Counted from the stretch's first letter, positions 13,433-28,045 are shown. The stretch: DNA of 64,000 nt from Balanoglossus misakiensis (GCA_040954595.2 CM082576.2:10853129-10917128); one strand, 5' to 3'. A program made the numbers and translations. Notes: generated by a model from the sequence alone, not told the origin.

Positions 13433-16400
13433 CTAGATTTCTCTGTTCTGTGCGATCATCACACTGAAGCTTGCCAGTGGAATGTGGCGCTGCTCTTTCT
13501 CGCATTTCGGACAGCTTTATCGACGGCAATTACAAGCAAATTTACAACCGGCGAGTTTGCACGCGTCTGTTACGAAGGGAAATACGACGTGATCGCCGCT
13601 CACAGATCCACACGTGTATCCGCCAGTTTATCGGTCAATCCACGGTGATCCCATGACTCCCGGTAAACTAGATTAGTATGGATGGATTCCTGAGAGCCGT
13701 TTGTAGGGCAGTGCGCAATTTATTTCTGAAGATCAGACGCTTTCACTCATCTACACTACAGTGTTTAAGTTCAACTGGAAATCCACGCCTCTTCGCTCTC
13801 AAATATCCGAATAACCTTGTCAATATAATTACACACTGTCTCTTTCCCATGCAATGTCCACTGCGTTGTGACTCGATGAACTTGCCACTAGAATAGCGAT
13901 TCCGTTCGGCCAAGTTCACGGACAGTCACATACCACGCGAGGACAACAGAAAAAAAAGTGAACCTGGGTATTGCTGCCGGGACACAATAGACTGACCTCA
14001 ATACTTTCAATTTGACTGAACGTACACCCTTAAAGACACCTTTGGCTTTGTGAGACGATGCCTGTACGACTCTTAGATTTCATCATGCTGAATTCTTCCA
14101 ATACCTTGGCATTAGAATATACGCAATGAACATGCAATTGATAGGAATGGTCTATCTCTTGTGGAAACCGACACTTTGACAGTCTGATCGAATTCAGACA
14201 GTTAGGCCTATAACTAATGAACCTGTGCGTCTCTTGCATCAAATTTCGAACTTACTGTACATGTATATAGACTTGAGCACTCAAACATTAATAACCTGTC
14301 ATGTGTATATTGTTTTGAAATCGATCGATTTCTATCGCCGTAGGACGGTCGCATACTTCATCATGGTTGACCAAGGTTTTCCAAACAAAACTCTCTTCAT
14401 CGGAATGATAGCTGCATGCGCCTACCAGAGGCGTTTTTTTCATTTTGCCAGCATCTTTTGACATTCTCGCGTCAAATTCGCTGGCTCTCGCAATAAATTC
14501 ACCAACGTTGGACTGAAAGCGCATCTGGAACTTCCCGCTAAGCCACGTTTCACAAACACACATCGCAGGCATCCGCCATGCGAGTGAGAAGGTTGCACTG
14601 CACAAAACAGAAATTATCTTACGTACATGTACATGCAGTATTCGCTAAAGACTACTTACTCGACAATTATCCTCCCCTCCGTCATCTTCTTAATATTCCC
14701 ATCCAAGGGCATGATTGTGTTCGTGTTCAGAATGTTGAAATTCATCTTGAATCCCGTCTGTTAATTAAACGCGTCAAGTTCAGCGTAAATTTAAATACTT
14801 CACACGCGGAGGGCAATTCCTTGTTCGCCCTGTTCCGACACTTTAAACTCTAGAACCGGAGAATTTGTCCAAAAGAATTTAGCAGTGACCCGTTCCTCAA
14901 AGCAATGCTGTGTTGAAAGTCACGCGAACGACAATTGAAGTTGTCGGCACTAAACGTTAACTTGCCGGTATGTTTTTGCTGGCCCAGCAAATACGCATGC
15001 GTGGCTTCCCATTCAGTAAAAAAATTCTGCCGGCTTCCTGGCCAATGAAATCAGGGAGTGTTGACACGCCATGTATTTAAGGCATTTACTACGAGCGTAA
15101 AATGACGATGGCGCTACATGTGACCGCGGAGCTAAGGACGCATAATTAAACGCCAAAGTGTGGTTGTCTGGTCGTTTTATTTTAGACAGTACATCAAAAT
15201 TCAGTATTGCGTGCCTACACAAAAACGCAGACGCTCGAAATCAACAGGAAAAGCGATAGACACTTTTAGCGTATACGATTCACGACTTTGCAGCTTCGTG
15301 GCTGACATGTCACAGCAGTCAATGGGTGTTCAGGAAGGGGAAAATGTTTGAGGCCTCGACCTCTGCATCGTCACCCTGTCTACGGCTCGGTTCATGAGCG
15401 AGAAAAAAAACAATACTATATTTTATGATGGCACGGATTTACGTTTCAGTCCCGTTTACTGACAACAAATAGGGCCCATAAACAAAACAAAATAGTTACA
15501 GGATAAGAGGAAACATCGACAATCGAAACAAGAAATACAAAACTGTCAAACCAAGGGATAAATGAAGGATATATATTTAGGATCAAATTATTTCCGAAGT
15601 TACTCATTCCATGACACATGCCATTTACTCATAAAAAGCAGCTATCAAAAACTTTTGTTTCGGTTCATTTGAAAAAAAACCAGCTTGTCTTTCAAACAAA
15701 TAAATGATAATCAATGATACCACTCTTCTCTACATTTCTCAACGACATTCCCAGCTTCAATCAGACAACGATGTACCATGGAAATCCAGCTGGGGTTGGT
15801 GCCAACTACACCCACGTATCCCGCGTGGCGACTAGTCAGACAAGACGTGCGTCAACGCGTTGTTGAAACTGCTGGTATACCGTCGTGGTAAAGTCTCCCC
15901 AAGCGCCGCTCTGCCTTGCAGTAATTAACATTCCCATGCCCGACTCCACCGTGTTGGAATCTCACGTAAACGAAGCAGGCGGGAGAGAGAGGCGCGACAT
16001 GCAAACCCCATCTCGGTGCAAAATACGACATGACCTCATTATAACATGTAAAATCAAACGAGGTTTAGCAGTGAGTACTGCGAGATGGCAACATATGAAT
16101 TACTGGGATGCAAGTCATGTCAGTGTCATTTGTTGATACTTAGCTCGCTAAATAGGTGAAGTGAAGTATTATAACGAGCCAGTATATCCTCAGCGATGTG
16201 CTAATGAATTGAAAAGCCATGACTCGACTCCCAAAGAAAGAGCACAGTAATTGTAAGAATGCATTCCTGTGCAAGGTGGCCATGTTGCTTGACATATGAC
16301 AGGCCCACTCTCTGCAGTTCATCGAATTATTCGATGGCGCAAATATTATCCCAAATGCCAATTTCTTGAGAAACTGCCCTTGGAGAACCCATTGCCGCAA

Positions 16401-17399
16401 AGTCAGCAGACGAGACCGAAGCTCTGTACGACTAACATGTTTAACACGTGCCAGCTGAAAACAATAATCAGCGTGTCATGGAAAGCAAGATAATTGAGCT
16501 GACAGAAATAATTATCCATATCTTGCCGCCATCCTCCGTGAAAGGTCGTCGAGGCATCTTATCGGCGTTGGTTACAAGGTCTTTCTCCTTCACCACCTAA
16601 TATGAAGGGTTCTTATTTCTGTCGTTGGTTGATTTCGCTTTCATAATTATTATTAAAGCCTCTAACTTTCGGCTATATTGTTTTTCAGTATTCTTCTCCC
16701 ATTTATCAACTCCGATTTCTTGTTCTACTCGGGAGAGCCGTATGAAATGTTGAGTCTTTCGCTTCTCGACAAAGCCTGTATGACGGCAATTGTTTTGTGT
16801 TGACGAACGAATTTAGGTTCGGACTTGAATACAATTTCAACAATAACAATGCATTGTTAGAGTAACTCTTCGGGAGTGCGATTTTTATTCTGTAGTTCGC
16901 TTGTCCGGTGCTATGTGTACAAGGAAACTTATGAAACAAGTTGTTAATGGTCTCGGCTTGAATTCGACAATCATCGCATATTTTCTGACAGCTAGTGAGA
17001 TGTCAGCTGGCCAGTCACGTGCTTTTCTTCAGCTGATATCGACCAGTATTCACTTACAGACCTCTGCTAAGCCGGGCATCTCAAAAACCCAACGCTCTCA
17101 CAAATATCGTGAAAATTAACCTGCAGTGCTGCGGTCAGGTTAGACATAGTCTTCCGAAACTTGTCGTCGAATTTCATGCCACGAAACACTTTTAGGGCAA
17201 TGCTCTGTAAAATAATCGCTCGGTAGTTTGGTGTGGGTGTAGGTATTTTATTTTTGCCCGAGGTTAAAGTCCTGAAATTTTTATGGACAGATTCTATCTA
17301 TGGTTAATATATTTTAAATTTAACCCTCCCAGGTCTGTCAGCAATTGATCTATGATTTAGTCATGACTCAAGCGCGAAAAACGGCGTGAGACGGGCGGA

Positions 17400-17465
17400 T
17401 GGACAGACACACATGCAGACAGACTGACTGACTGACTGACCGATTGATTGATCGATCGATCGATT
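17400..17465. repeat. Short compound tetranucleotide repeat (GACA/GACT/GATT/GATC)
   Basis: Seen directly; imperfect. Confidence 0.7.
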
Positions 17466-18811
17466 GGCTCCGGGAAAACACAGGCACACATGGTAAAATA
17501 TTGTGTAAAAATGTGGCCATTGGGCGCGTTTTATCTGTGTCAGGTTGGAAACACTTCACAAGGTCGGGACCGGTTTCAAAGTGTTCCTAGCACCGTGGCT
17601 AAAATTCCAATGTATGTACGTAAGGTGCCCAGGGATTGACTGTTGTTAGTTCGAGACCTTTTCGGCAAATTGTTATGTCCTCTATTGACATCTCCCCAGC
17701 AGTATTGATATCACGTCTGGAAAATTTCAACAATCTTCAGGGCTGGTCACTTCATCAGTTTTTTGTGACGTTTTTCTTTTGACATAGGCTAATGCCCAGA
17801 ACGAGTGAGATGTGGCACATATACAATCAAAGGATACACACACAACTGTTGCCCGTCATTCACGATCTGTTTATGCAAACATATAGTGTCCACAGCGGGG
17901 GTTAGTCATGCTCCGAGATATTTTCAATCTTGAAATGCCGATGATGTCAGTCTTTTTTATTTATTGAATTGTTTCATGTAATCTTTATCAGATGCACCTC
18001 AGTCTATATGCGCATGGATCAGCGAACGGGGTCAAGTACCCACTCCGATTATTAAAACATTTAGGAGGGAATGTCTGCAGAGAATGCCAAACGAATGGAG
18101 GGATTACCGCAAATATTGCTGGGAATGTACAATTATAACACCGAGAGAATCATATAGTTCGACCATCGACTATTAATAGAAAATGTAGTCGCCTGATATT
18201 TTTCGGAGATTATGATTGAAAATAATTGGAGTAATAACAGATGCCCTGAAACCACCATTTACATATATTTTAACGAACAAGTGCTTCTTGGATACGATAT
18301 TACAAAAGACATAAAAAAACACGAGTTTTCTGAAAAATCTATCTTCACATATATCGCGGGATGGAAACTTTTGTATAATTCAAGGTAGCCTATCGCTAGT
18401 GGTACAACAGGAAGTGACATCATGAACAGAATATGTGATTTGCAGAGAAATTCTTGGATATCTATAAATGGTAAATCAACTGCCTTTCAACACATGTACA
18501 GCACTGAACGTGCAATCTGTCATTGATGGGAGAACTAGGGTAGTAACCCTAGCTAACCCATGCTCCTTTACGACCGTCCCGTCACATGGCGGCACGTCAG
18601 AAGTCGGAGCGGCGTGGGAGACGGCATATGAAAGTCAAGTATGTTATGAGGTAATGCAACACCACGCAGCCGCCGCTTTTAATTGTAAAATAAAAACAAA
18701 TTGGATACGTTATGTGAGATATATCTTAACTTGACCTTTAAAGATGGAGAGAGTAGCTATGTATGAAAGGTGCATGCTAGTAAATCAGATTGACAACTTT
18801 GTGAACAGAAG

Positions 18812-18839
18812 GAGAGAGAGAGATCTAGAGAGTCTGGAT

Positions 18840-18889
<50 letters not shown>

Positions 18890-18928
18890 TGACAGACAGA
18901 CAGAGAGAGACGGACAGAGAGAGAGAGA
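18812..18928. repeat. Compound (GA)n/(GACA)n microsatellite
   Basis: Seen directly. Confidence 0.92.
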
Positions 18929-21900
18929 TGCACGTGCATTTATCAATCCATAACATGAAGCCTGGATTTCACAAATATGGGGATATAATCTCCATTCGTA
19001 AGTCATTAGAATTCTTGAATTGTGGAGGCATGACTCTGAATGCAAGCATCTGAATGCCGACGCACCTGTTTTCAATCCGTGCGATGTCTCCCTCCTTTTG
19101 AACAAACACAACTAAAATAGAACAGCGGAGTCACAGTCACCCAAATGGCAATGTCATCTTTGGAATGTGTGATTTCGGAAAGTAAATGTCTTTCTGTGTC
19201 TTCATTTTTCTTGTATCATTGACCGATTTCAAAGTGGCATTTTCAGTTAGTATGACATGAAAAAACTTAGTGTTATTAGAGGAGTTCGTGACGAATTTCT
19301 AAAAATAACTTTCTAAATACTAGTAATCATATCACATTATTTCATATCATATCGGTTTTAAGATTTGAATTTGCTGGTTATATTTTTCTGTTTAACTGAG
19401 CGACTATAACCACGACTACGCTACAATATATGACAACTATGCATAGAATCGAAAATCTCTTAACTCTCCCGGACTGCCCAGCCAATTTTGCAAACAAATA
19501 TACTACACCCGCCCTTTGGAATGGCAATATCTGGCGAAAGGCTTAGCGTTCGTCCACAAATTGCGGTGTCTTTCGTCATTAGGTTTTTAAATCATAAAAA
19601 AATGGCGTGGAAACTGAGACCACCGTGATTGCATCTCTGCAATGAGTGGGAGACTGCACATTACAGCAATCAAATTTGAGATCACAAACGTGACTCTGAA
19701 CTGATTCATGATCAACGGTTTTCTGACTAATCGCAGCAACAAGCTACTATATAATATTGATTGCGATCATACCCATACATATTCCGGCCAAATATCACAT
19801 TTTCGTGGCCAGTTGCAAAGACAGACACAGCACAGCACAGACGACCAACCAACAAAGCACAGAGAATAAAGTCAAATCCGTGAAAGAAAGATATGCGCAT
19901 ATGGTGTCAGGCGTTTCGAAAATAGTAAGCAGGTCCTGCCCCATAAGTCGTACCCGACATAGCGATCTCATGGGCTTCATTGAGAAGGTAAATACTGCTC
20001 ATTTGATCCTTTAGGGAGCCGAATAAGAAACCATGGATAATATCAAAAATTAGTTTTAAATGTCACAGAAGTGTCAAACATTTGTGAAAAACCGGCGTTT
20101 ATTTAGACTCGGACAAAATCGCACTTGTTCTCAGAAGGTATACAGTCCAACAAAAGTGTTCAAATCTCCTGCGGAATTCTCAGCATCTGAGGAATTTTCA
20201 GCAGAAGGCAGAATGGATGTGTCTATTACGTGAAGTATGCGGTTCTCCTTCACCGCATTAGTGCTGACCTACATGTAAATTACACAGGCGACGGTGGCTC
20301 CAAATTACGTCAAATGCAGTCAGGAAACCACTAAAGCCGTATAAAATGATTTAAGCTCTAGCTGCGATTGTCCGTTTACCGTTTCTAAAAACAGCAGATA
20401 GCGCCAGGGACAAAATGGGATTGTGAAAGGCCTACCCGACATGCGACTGATTGCAGCGTTGCTCTGAGTTATAGAAGTGCAACGCGGTCAAAGATAGTAC
20501 AGACCAATTAGTGCGCCATCTGAGTGCAAAGCACTTTTTAGGTAGATATTGGCGAGTATGTACTGCACAAGGCAAAATCCTGAGGCTCTCTGTTCAATAT
20601 GCAATGTAGCCTAATAAGCTCATATCCAATTCTACGGCAACAAGAGCGAGCTGTACTTTACAGATTAACGTAATCGGTCACAGTCTTTGCGGCGTACTAT
20701 TCTCGTGCAGCAAAAGGCCTTTCGAACGTTTCGTTGATTCTTGAGTTTGGTATACTTCACACTATTACCAGATTAAACTTTTACCAAAGCCCTTATTTAT
20801 TTATACAAAACAACACTGGTCAATGTTCGTCAGGAAACTACTTTCTAATTCCATCTCAACGTCTTCTTCATTAATGTGGGACAACCCCGAGTCACATCTG
20901 AACAAGTTTTCCGGACGCCGACGCAAGAGGACAGTATACCTACAGCCATTGTGAATGGTTCCAAGTGGTATCTGTATGCACACTGAAGGCAAAAGTGATT
21001 CCTACATCGTGGAAAAAAGACAGAGGGCGTACTACAAATCCACGTCTAAGCAAGAGACCCTTCATTTATACCAGTCGCAATTATATGCAAGCTATTTCTT
21101 CAGGCACGCGGAACATCGAAGGTTGTGAATGGTAGTTGCCCGATTAGACGGCATGCCATGTAAATGCCTGAGGGTACTGAACAAAAATAACCACAGACTT
21201 GCCTACACGAATATGTTAAGGGTCGTGCCTATAGAATAATTGCTGCAAACCTATCGATATATATTTCATCGGTGACCTTAGGTTGCCCTTCAAGGAAATC
21301 TGAACTTTGATGACCCTGGGTCATGATACGGAAAGACTTATTGCACGATATGTGCTCATCACATTGTCCCCATAGCACAGCGTTTATCTCGTGGCTTCCT
21401 TGAGGTGACAAAATATTTACAATAGAGATATCTCACTCGACTAGAAAGCAATGTACAAGTTATTTATGCACATTATGAAGGTTCAAACAAATCTGAGAGA
21501 GGACGGAAAGATTGTAAACAGCGCCGCAGTGTCGGCAAAGCGTTAGTGAAGAGACATTCATTGCTGGGGGGGGGGGGGGGGGGTTCTTCCCCGAAGTTGG
21601 CCAAAACGGACTTCTCTATAGACAATAGCATTTCCCCACCATCATGGGCTGATCCGCACCGCCGGTGAAGGCTTAGCTAGATTGGCCGTTGGAGGGTGCC
21701 TGTCGGAATGAACACGCATGTCCAGCGATTGTGTGCAGGTTCAGATTTCCCGATGTACCCCTACATATTGCAAATAGCATGAGACTTCTGTTTCTGCTAT
21801 ATTTAGGCTTTTACTATATATCGTGCACCATGGTTGCATTGCCCAGGCAGTTTGTACAGAAAATGACAGTGATTGAACACATCCCAATAAAAGGAGACAT

Positions 21901-23843
21901 TTGCCTGTGATTAGAACGATAAAATCCGGCAAATCCGCTTTTATCGTTTTGTATCAATACTAAGTCCGTCCACGTAATGAAGAAGCCAATCCTTCAGTTG
22001 GCTATCTGGCCCATCATTAAAAGAGTATTACCATACACTCGGCCGATAAAGATTCGACGTCCTCCTAGAAACAATCAATTTAATGCTCACGAAGGAATCT
22101 CAAAAATTCTCTATCACGATTCTGAATCTCAATCACACCCTACATTTGTCTTTCCTTGAGTGGCTGCCCGGTATAACATCGGGATGGGGTGGAAAGTAGG
22201 TCACACTGATAACGTCAAAAATGTCGTGTTCAAGACAAGCGGTGAGTTTGTTTTGGAGATGCACAAAAATGCTTTGGTTTTTACATGAAAGGCTAGGCGG
22301 CATTGAGCGCGAATGATGTGTACACGGTGGACTTGACATGTTTATACACATACACTGAAGTTTACTAATATACCATGGGTTCAGTTTCTGCTGTGTCGGT
22401 AATCAGTAGTCGCTCCAAGTTATAGAAATACGTTTCTGTCAATCTTAAAATCAAAAGATGTCGTAATAATATTGGAATATGAATTTTGCGTATACCAAGT
22501 ACGTCAACGGAAGACTGAGACGCAATTGATATTATTTTTGTAATATTCCTCGCCATTCCCGTAAACGAAATTTAATTTATTTGGAAAAATGTTGCATCTT
22601 GGGTAAAATCTACCAAAATATGTCAGATTCATGCACCTGTGCCTGTTGTACATATAACGCACACTGTTACACCTAAACTACAACTAGAAGCTCTTCATTG
22701 ATAGGCTCGTAGGTCGGCTATTGTGCAGCTCTCTCGTTCAGCCATGAAATATTGCCAGATGTTCTGAGGGTATCGTTTTCGGGGTCGGGTCACCAACTAA
22801 CAGACACCATGCGTGATTACTGAGGTCACGGCAACCGCCTGAAGGCATCCTTAAAAAATATTATGGCTAGACTAGACTGTAGTCTGGAAGAGCGCAGACT
22901 GTGTAACATCTACTCGACAAAGCTGCGAAAGAGGCACCCGTGAATAACAGCGCTGGGGTGTCAAATATATAACAGCGTACCTCCAAAGCTGTCAAGATTT
23001 ACAGTTATTTGCAGAAGCACCTTGAGTCTCCCATTTACGGAATATAAATAGTGGGATGGTGTAACGGAATACAATTAGCGCGTGGTGTAATAGGTAACAA
23101 CAGACGCAGTAGCCAACAACGCCCATTCACGAGAACAACCGGTATTGAAAAAAGTGCCCGTCGTAAATAGACACAGCTGAATTAGTATTCTGAGCGCAGA
23201 GATTCCTTGTATACCACAGACAGTACCGGCATTGTCTATGACGAAACCATGTGCAGTAAACAACTGACCCAAAAGGTCAGAACAGGATCATCTTGGTGCA
23301 CAAAATGCCATAATTTTCAAACGACTTCTCGGAACCACTTATTTATGGCCCGTCATGAGACGATGGCCACAGCTATACACTTCCACATTTTTCCATCAAG
23401 TCCCCTGCACGGAAAGGTCGCCATGGTTCGTTGCGCACGTAATTCAAGAAATAAAGAACGATACACACACTTCACTGCGTGAAAAAAGAACGTTCGTAAT
23501 AACACGGAATTAAATGGCGCACGGTGCTTCTGGCGTCGTGTATGTGTACTAAGGCCCTACATTATATCCGCGAGGATCGATATCTGTGAACTGAGTATGG
23601 CCGTCCAGTCACCTTCGCTTTTAGCGTCCGGGTGGTGGAATTAGCGCGTCACTGATAAATAAAGCCAATTTTCACCTGCCATTGAAATCACCAGGGCCGT
23701 CTTAATATCAATCCGAAGGATTTCTTGGCGAATACAATTCACAAAAGGGTAAATCTACAAAAGCATATTGGCACGACGGTCGCCGAGTTGAAGGGCGCGG
23801 CGATCGTGGGAAATATACGGTCAAATATAAAATGAACACTTAC

Positions 23844-24589
23844 TCTCCTACCCATCGTCCATTCTCTGCAACGTGGCGAATCTTGCCGGTATCATCCGGG
23901 GATGGCCTTCGATCTCCCGGTAGCTTCTTTGGACTGCCCGTCTTCTCGGGACTCTGTTTTCTGCCTGGACTTTGGGTCGAAGGCGAAGCGTCTCCATTAC
24001 TTTCCTCATAGCCGTTCCGAGAAGTCGATGTTGTTGCTGCTGTTGCTGTTGCAGTAGCTGACGCTGATTTGATTTTGAAGGGTGCATCCGACAGGTCGAG
24101 TTTTTGTATTTCTGCCTCGAGGTTCGGCGTTTTCGGGGTGGACGCCCTTGGGCTGCGGGGCGGCAGACGATCGAAGTCTGCAAACCGACTGGCTGCTGGC
24201 CCCGGGGATGATAGCGCGGGGCTGTACGTGTAACGGGGGCTGAGTGGGGAGTTGGGCCCGCCGGGACTGGTGATCCTCCCCGGAGTACTGTAACTGGACG
24301 TTGAACTCAAGTAACTCCGGGGCGTGCCAGCGCTGTACATGGAACTACAGTAAGAATCGCGGGAGTGGTTGCAAGTACACGGTCCGACGGAGTCGTAGCT
24401 CGACCAAGAAGAGCTGGAGTTGATTGAACTGTACGAAGAAGATGAAGGCGACCGACCTCGCTTGTAGTCCTTTCCCAGACCAGTCCGGCCATCGAGTCCT
24501 CCCTCTCCTCCAGAACGGCTGCCAATTCTATAACTGGACCGCGACGAGTAGTCCGAACTTCGGGGGGAATACAGCGAACTTGAATACAT
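23844..24589 (-). CDS. Uncharacterised protein, probable first coding exon (Ser/Pro/Arg-rich low-complexity N-terminus)
   Basis: Longest ORF in the window (249 aa), GC-rich relative to its flanks, with many SP/TP motifs. There is an in-frame TGA 12 codons upstream of the ATG. It ends at donor GA|GTAAGT (phase 2, GT at 23843), with an alternative phase-0 donor TGG|GTAGGA at 23851. The link to the downstream exons is inferred. Confidence 0.75.
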
Positions 24590-27160
24590 GACCCCGTTTG
24601 GCGGTTTACTGAAAGTTCCAGCTCATGAAGTTGGCAATTATTCCGGTCGAGTCAGCTCCCTGGATATGCGCGTGGGCAATGGACTTGTCGGGGTTCCCGA
24701 GCACACAGCTTATGTCGTGTCACGCGGCGCTTCGTATCTCTTCCCCACTGAAGAGCTTCCTTCTTCGATCTATCACGCCCTCCACCGAATACTTATTTTG
24801 AAGTTCTCTCGTGGGTGACGTACGTGTATCGGCTTTGTTGCCATATCAATGATAATGGCGAGGCGAAAGACACATATTGTTCAGGGTGTCCATTGATGTC
24901 TATACAAAGGGGATTTCGCTTCAGATTATACAAGTGGGTCAAAACGATTGATAGAACAGGTTGGCCATTGACTGCTGCTTATACGTAGCGCCCTCCATAG
25001 ACACAACTGTCTCCGCTCCAGTATTCAAATGTGCATCTGGAAACATAGACACCGGTAGCACATGTCACAGGAACGACATCAATAGTTAACAAGCCATTGT
25101 GACGATCGACATACTTTGGCAACCAAAGAGTTGTGAAGTCGCACCTGGAGGACACTTTGCGTGTAATAGGTTTGGGGATCAGCTTTATACCCGACAGCAA
25201 GGTTGGCAGATTGCAGTCTCGCACAAGCATATGTTTACCGACGTTAACCACGGAATACACGTCAACAGATAATACTCACACTCAGAAATGTTGATGAAAG
25301 AATACACCAGAATGGTCAATTTTAACTAAGTGTGTGATTTACTTCTTTTGATGATAGTTCGGTGAAAAAATACAATTCAGCAAAGTAGTGACTGAAAATT
25401 CCATTCTGTAGAAATGGCAGGGTGCAACATTCTGAGGACAGTCAATCATTTATTCAAAATAATACGCGACAGAATAAAAGAATAATGCCCAAAATCTCTC
25501 TGTTGGCCAAATCACAAACCACACAATATTAAAACACACTACAAACCGATAATGAAATAATAGTCACTTGTGCGGTGATAAAGACAGAAAAAATCGTGAT
25601 AAATTATTAGCCTTTAACGTTTGACCATTTTCAGTATTTTTATTTCGCGCATCAACTGCACTTTCTTGTTTTGCAACAATGAACTACCAGCTTTTCTACT
25701 GGTCAACATAATTGGTATATGCTATTGTTGACAAATGAATTCAAGTCCGGATTTGCGTCATGCTTTAGGGATTCGGACAAGAAACTGCAGGTGATACGCA
25801 AAACATAAAAGCTCCCAAAATTGATAAATTTTAAGGTTTCGTAGTCTCGTCAAGATTTGGGAAACCTTCAAGTCATTTACCGTTGTTCTGTTGCATGTGG
25901 AGGGTTTTTAGAGGCATTGGGACATTTCCTATGTTAATTGACCCACGTGTAGTTTTTTTAAACGGACAGTCAGGAGACCCATGTTTAGGGATTTTTCAGT
26001 GAAATAATTGGTCCATCGGGCGGCACCGTATACATGTACCTGTCTGTGGGACTACCCCGTGTGACTAAAATCCCGATCATGTTGAAATTTATCATTACTT
26101 ATGCCGCTTTTCCAAACCATTCACTAAATGTACATTATATTGTGATTTCTTCATGTTTTCTCCATTTTATGGTGACTTACCATACGTAGTTACCTCGGTA
26201 TGCTGATAAGACCGTGACATCTATCGGTATGTGCTCGATGGACTAGACAGTCATCCACACCAAAACGTCACTGTGCAGTATTTTCAATAATTTCCATCGT
26301 CTCCGTCAATTTGGATGCTGGTCATCGTCTCAGTTCTTGCACAGTAAATTAATCGGTTGGCCTTGTTTGTTTGTTAATTAAACTCTCCAACGTTAGTTGG
26401 CACAAATTCAGCGATTTATGAAATTTTAGCAGACAAAACAATACCAGAGCTATATTGACCAATGAACCCGAATGGCAAATTACAACAATCGAAAAGAAAT
26501 AGCTGTACGTAGGAGTGTATACAAAAAAAGTGTGTGAAGCTATACCTAATTTGCTTCTCCCTATCATAGTCTTGGAATGGTGTCTTAAAATCAAGGTGGC
26601 TGAATGACACGGGGGTCGTTTATTAGTCAGTGATTCCTCGTCCACGGACAAACCGATATTAGAGAGGCGCCCTCATCGGCGTCAAGCTTATAAACACTCG
26701 GCGCAGCCCCAATGTAAATAACGTTACAGTGCGGTCTAATGTATTTCCCCGCCCATTCTACCTTTTAATGTGTCTGAAGATGAGACTGAAAACATTGATA
26801 AAAGTGTTAACCCCAGAATGCTGCATTCACAAAGACCTTGGAGAGGAGACCTTGGTCTTGAACTATCACAAGTATAGAAAAGAGACACGTGAGAGAAGAT
26901 GCTTTGACGTCAAAGTCAAATGTCATGGATTTTCGGTACACGTTTACTAACATTACCTGACAACGTTCAGAGTACCTCGATCAAGTAGAGAACCGCGATG
27001 CTTAAAAACACAACGGGTTTAGATCTAGAGATTGAGCTGGGCTTGCATTGTATAGTGTGATACGTATATTTCTATACACTCCTTGATGATTTCTGAGAAT
27101 TGGAATCACATTTCCGTACTAAATGTTCGGCTTTTGATCTGCGGAGAGACAAAATTTCTG

Positions 27161-27166
27161 TTTATT
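27161..27166 (-). other. Candidate polyadenylation signal of the globin gene
   Basis: AATAAA on the minus strand (plus tttatt) about 740 bp after the stop codon. A second copy is at 26619-26624. Motif only. Confidence 0.3.
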
Positions 27167-27904
27167 CAAACGTCCCAGCAACCAACTGTGAGCAGTATTA
27201 GAAGATACCGAATTTCCCTTTTCACGTTTTTTTTTTCATGTCGGTGAAAGCTCTCGCCTCCGGGGGACATGGCCACGCCGCGAGATCCTCTCATACAACC
27301 ACGGGTATGCCGGGCCTTTGCATGATAATTGCAGCAAAGGCTCCGAAACCAAAGGAAGGGACGCGTATTTTTTGTTCCTGCGGACTTTGAATTCTGTGTT
27401 CCTGCAGCGATGGATGCTTAATGCCTTGGGGACTTCGAAAACGCAGCGTCTGGTTAACCTAAATCCCCCGACCCTAAACCTCCCAACAATTTGTGAACGT
27501 AGCATCCTTTACTAGTTTCTATGTAAATATTATGGCTCAAATCCACTGCAAGCTGGGTAAGAAAGTCGGGTGAGAAAGAAGTAACGTTGTGAATGTCTTC
27601 ATCTTCGTCGTCCATAGCGCGTGGTTAATTCACCCAAGAAGAAAAATGACAAAACATTCAAATGAGGTATAAAACAAATTATGTGCCTCCAAGAAAAAAA
27701 AGATGGAGTTTCTAGAGTACATCATCTCCATCCACTCACAGTCACAAGATGGCTTCGTAAATATTGGCGATATCGGTTACGACCTATTTGCATAATTTGT
27801 AAGTCTCGGGAGAGACTCCGAGCACGAGCGATCGTCCGCACGGAGGTGGGCGGTCAGTCTCTGAAGTTCCAACAAAAATTGTTTCCACTCTGTGACGCGG
27901 GCTC

Positions 27905-28045
27905 TCATCCCGAGCTTTCTCGTAGACCCTGAACAAATTCTTCGATTATAAAGTCGATTATCAGTCCGTATATCTCGGCTATCTTCTCCGTGTACCTGTG
28001 CTCGAGGAGATCTTCAACGGAATGTAAGAAGGGTTCTCTGATGTC
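27905..28045 (-). CDS. Globin X-like globin, terminal coding exon 3 (G and H helices)
   Basis: Not in the ORF track; read by hand. Acceptor tctctctcccctcgaacag|, phase 0. Encodes DIREPFLHSVEDLLEHRYTEKIAEIYGLIIDFIIEEFVQGLRESSG then TGA (27907-27905), which fits the globin G/GH/H pattern. Confidence 0.93.
   Translation of the reverse strand, partial: DIREPFLHSVEDLLEHRYTEKIAEIYGLIIDFIIEEFVQGLRESSG

Noticed and set aside
13301-13648. Poly-Ile/poly-Asn ORF
   Set aside because: Artefact of the compound microsatellite.
21566-21583. Poly-G tract (similar poly-C tracts near 9373, 42017 and 43735) as G-quadruplex candidates
   Set aside because: Simple homopolymers are common in such genomes and nothing links these to function.
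27800-27907. Globin TGA as selenocysteine or read-through into the downstream gene
   Set aside because: The fold is already complete at the stop, the context (TGA-G) is not leaky, and I recognised no SECIS.
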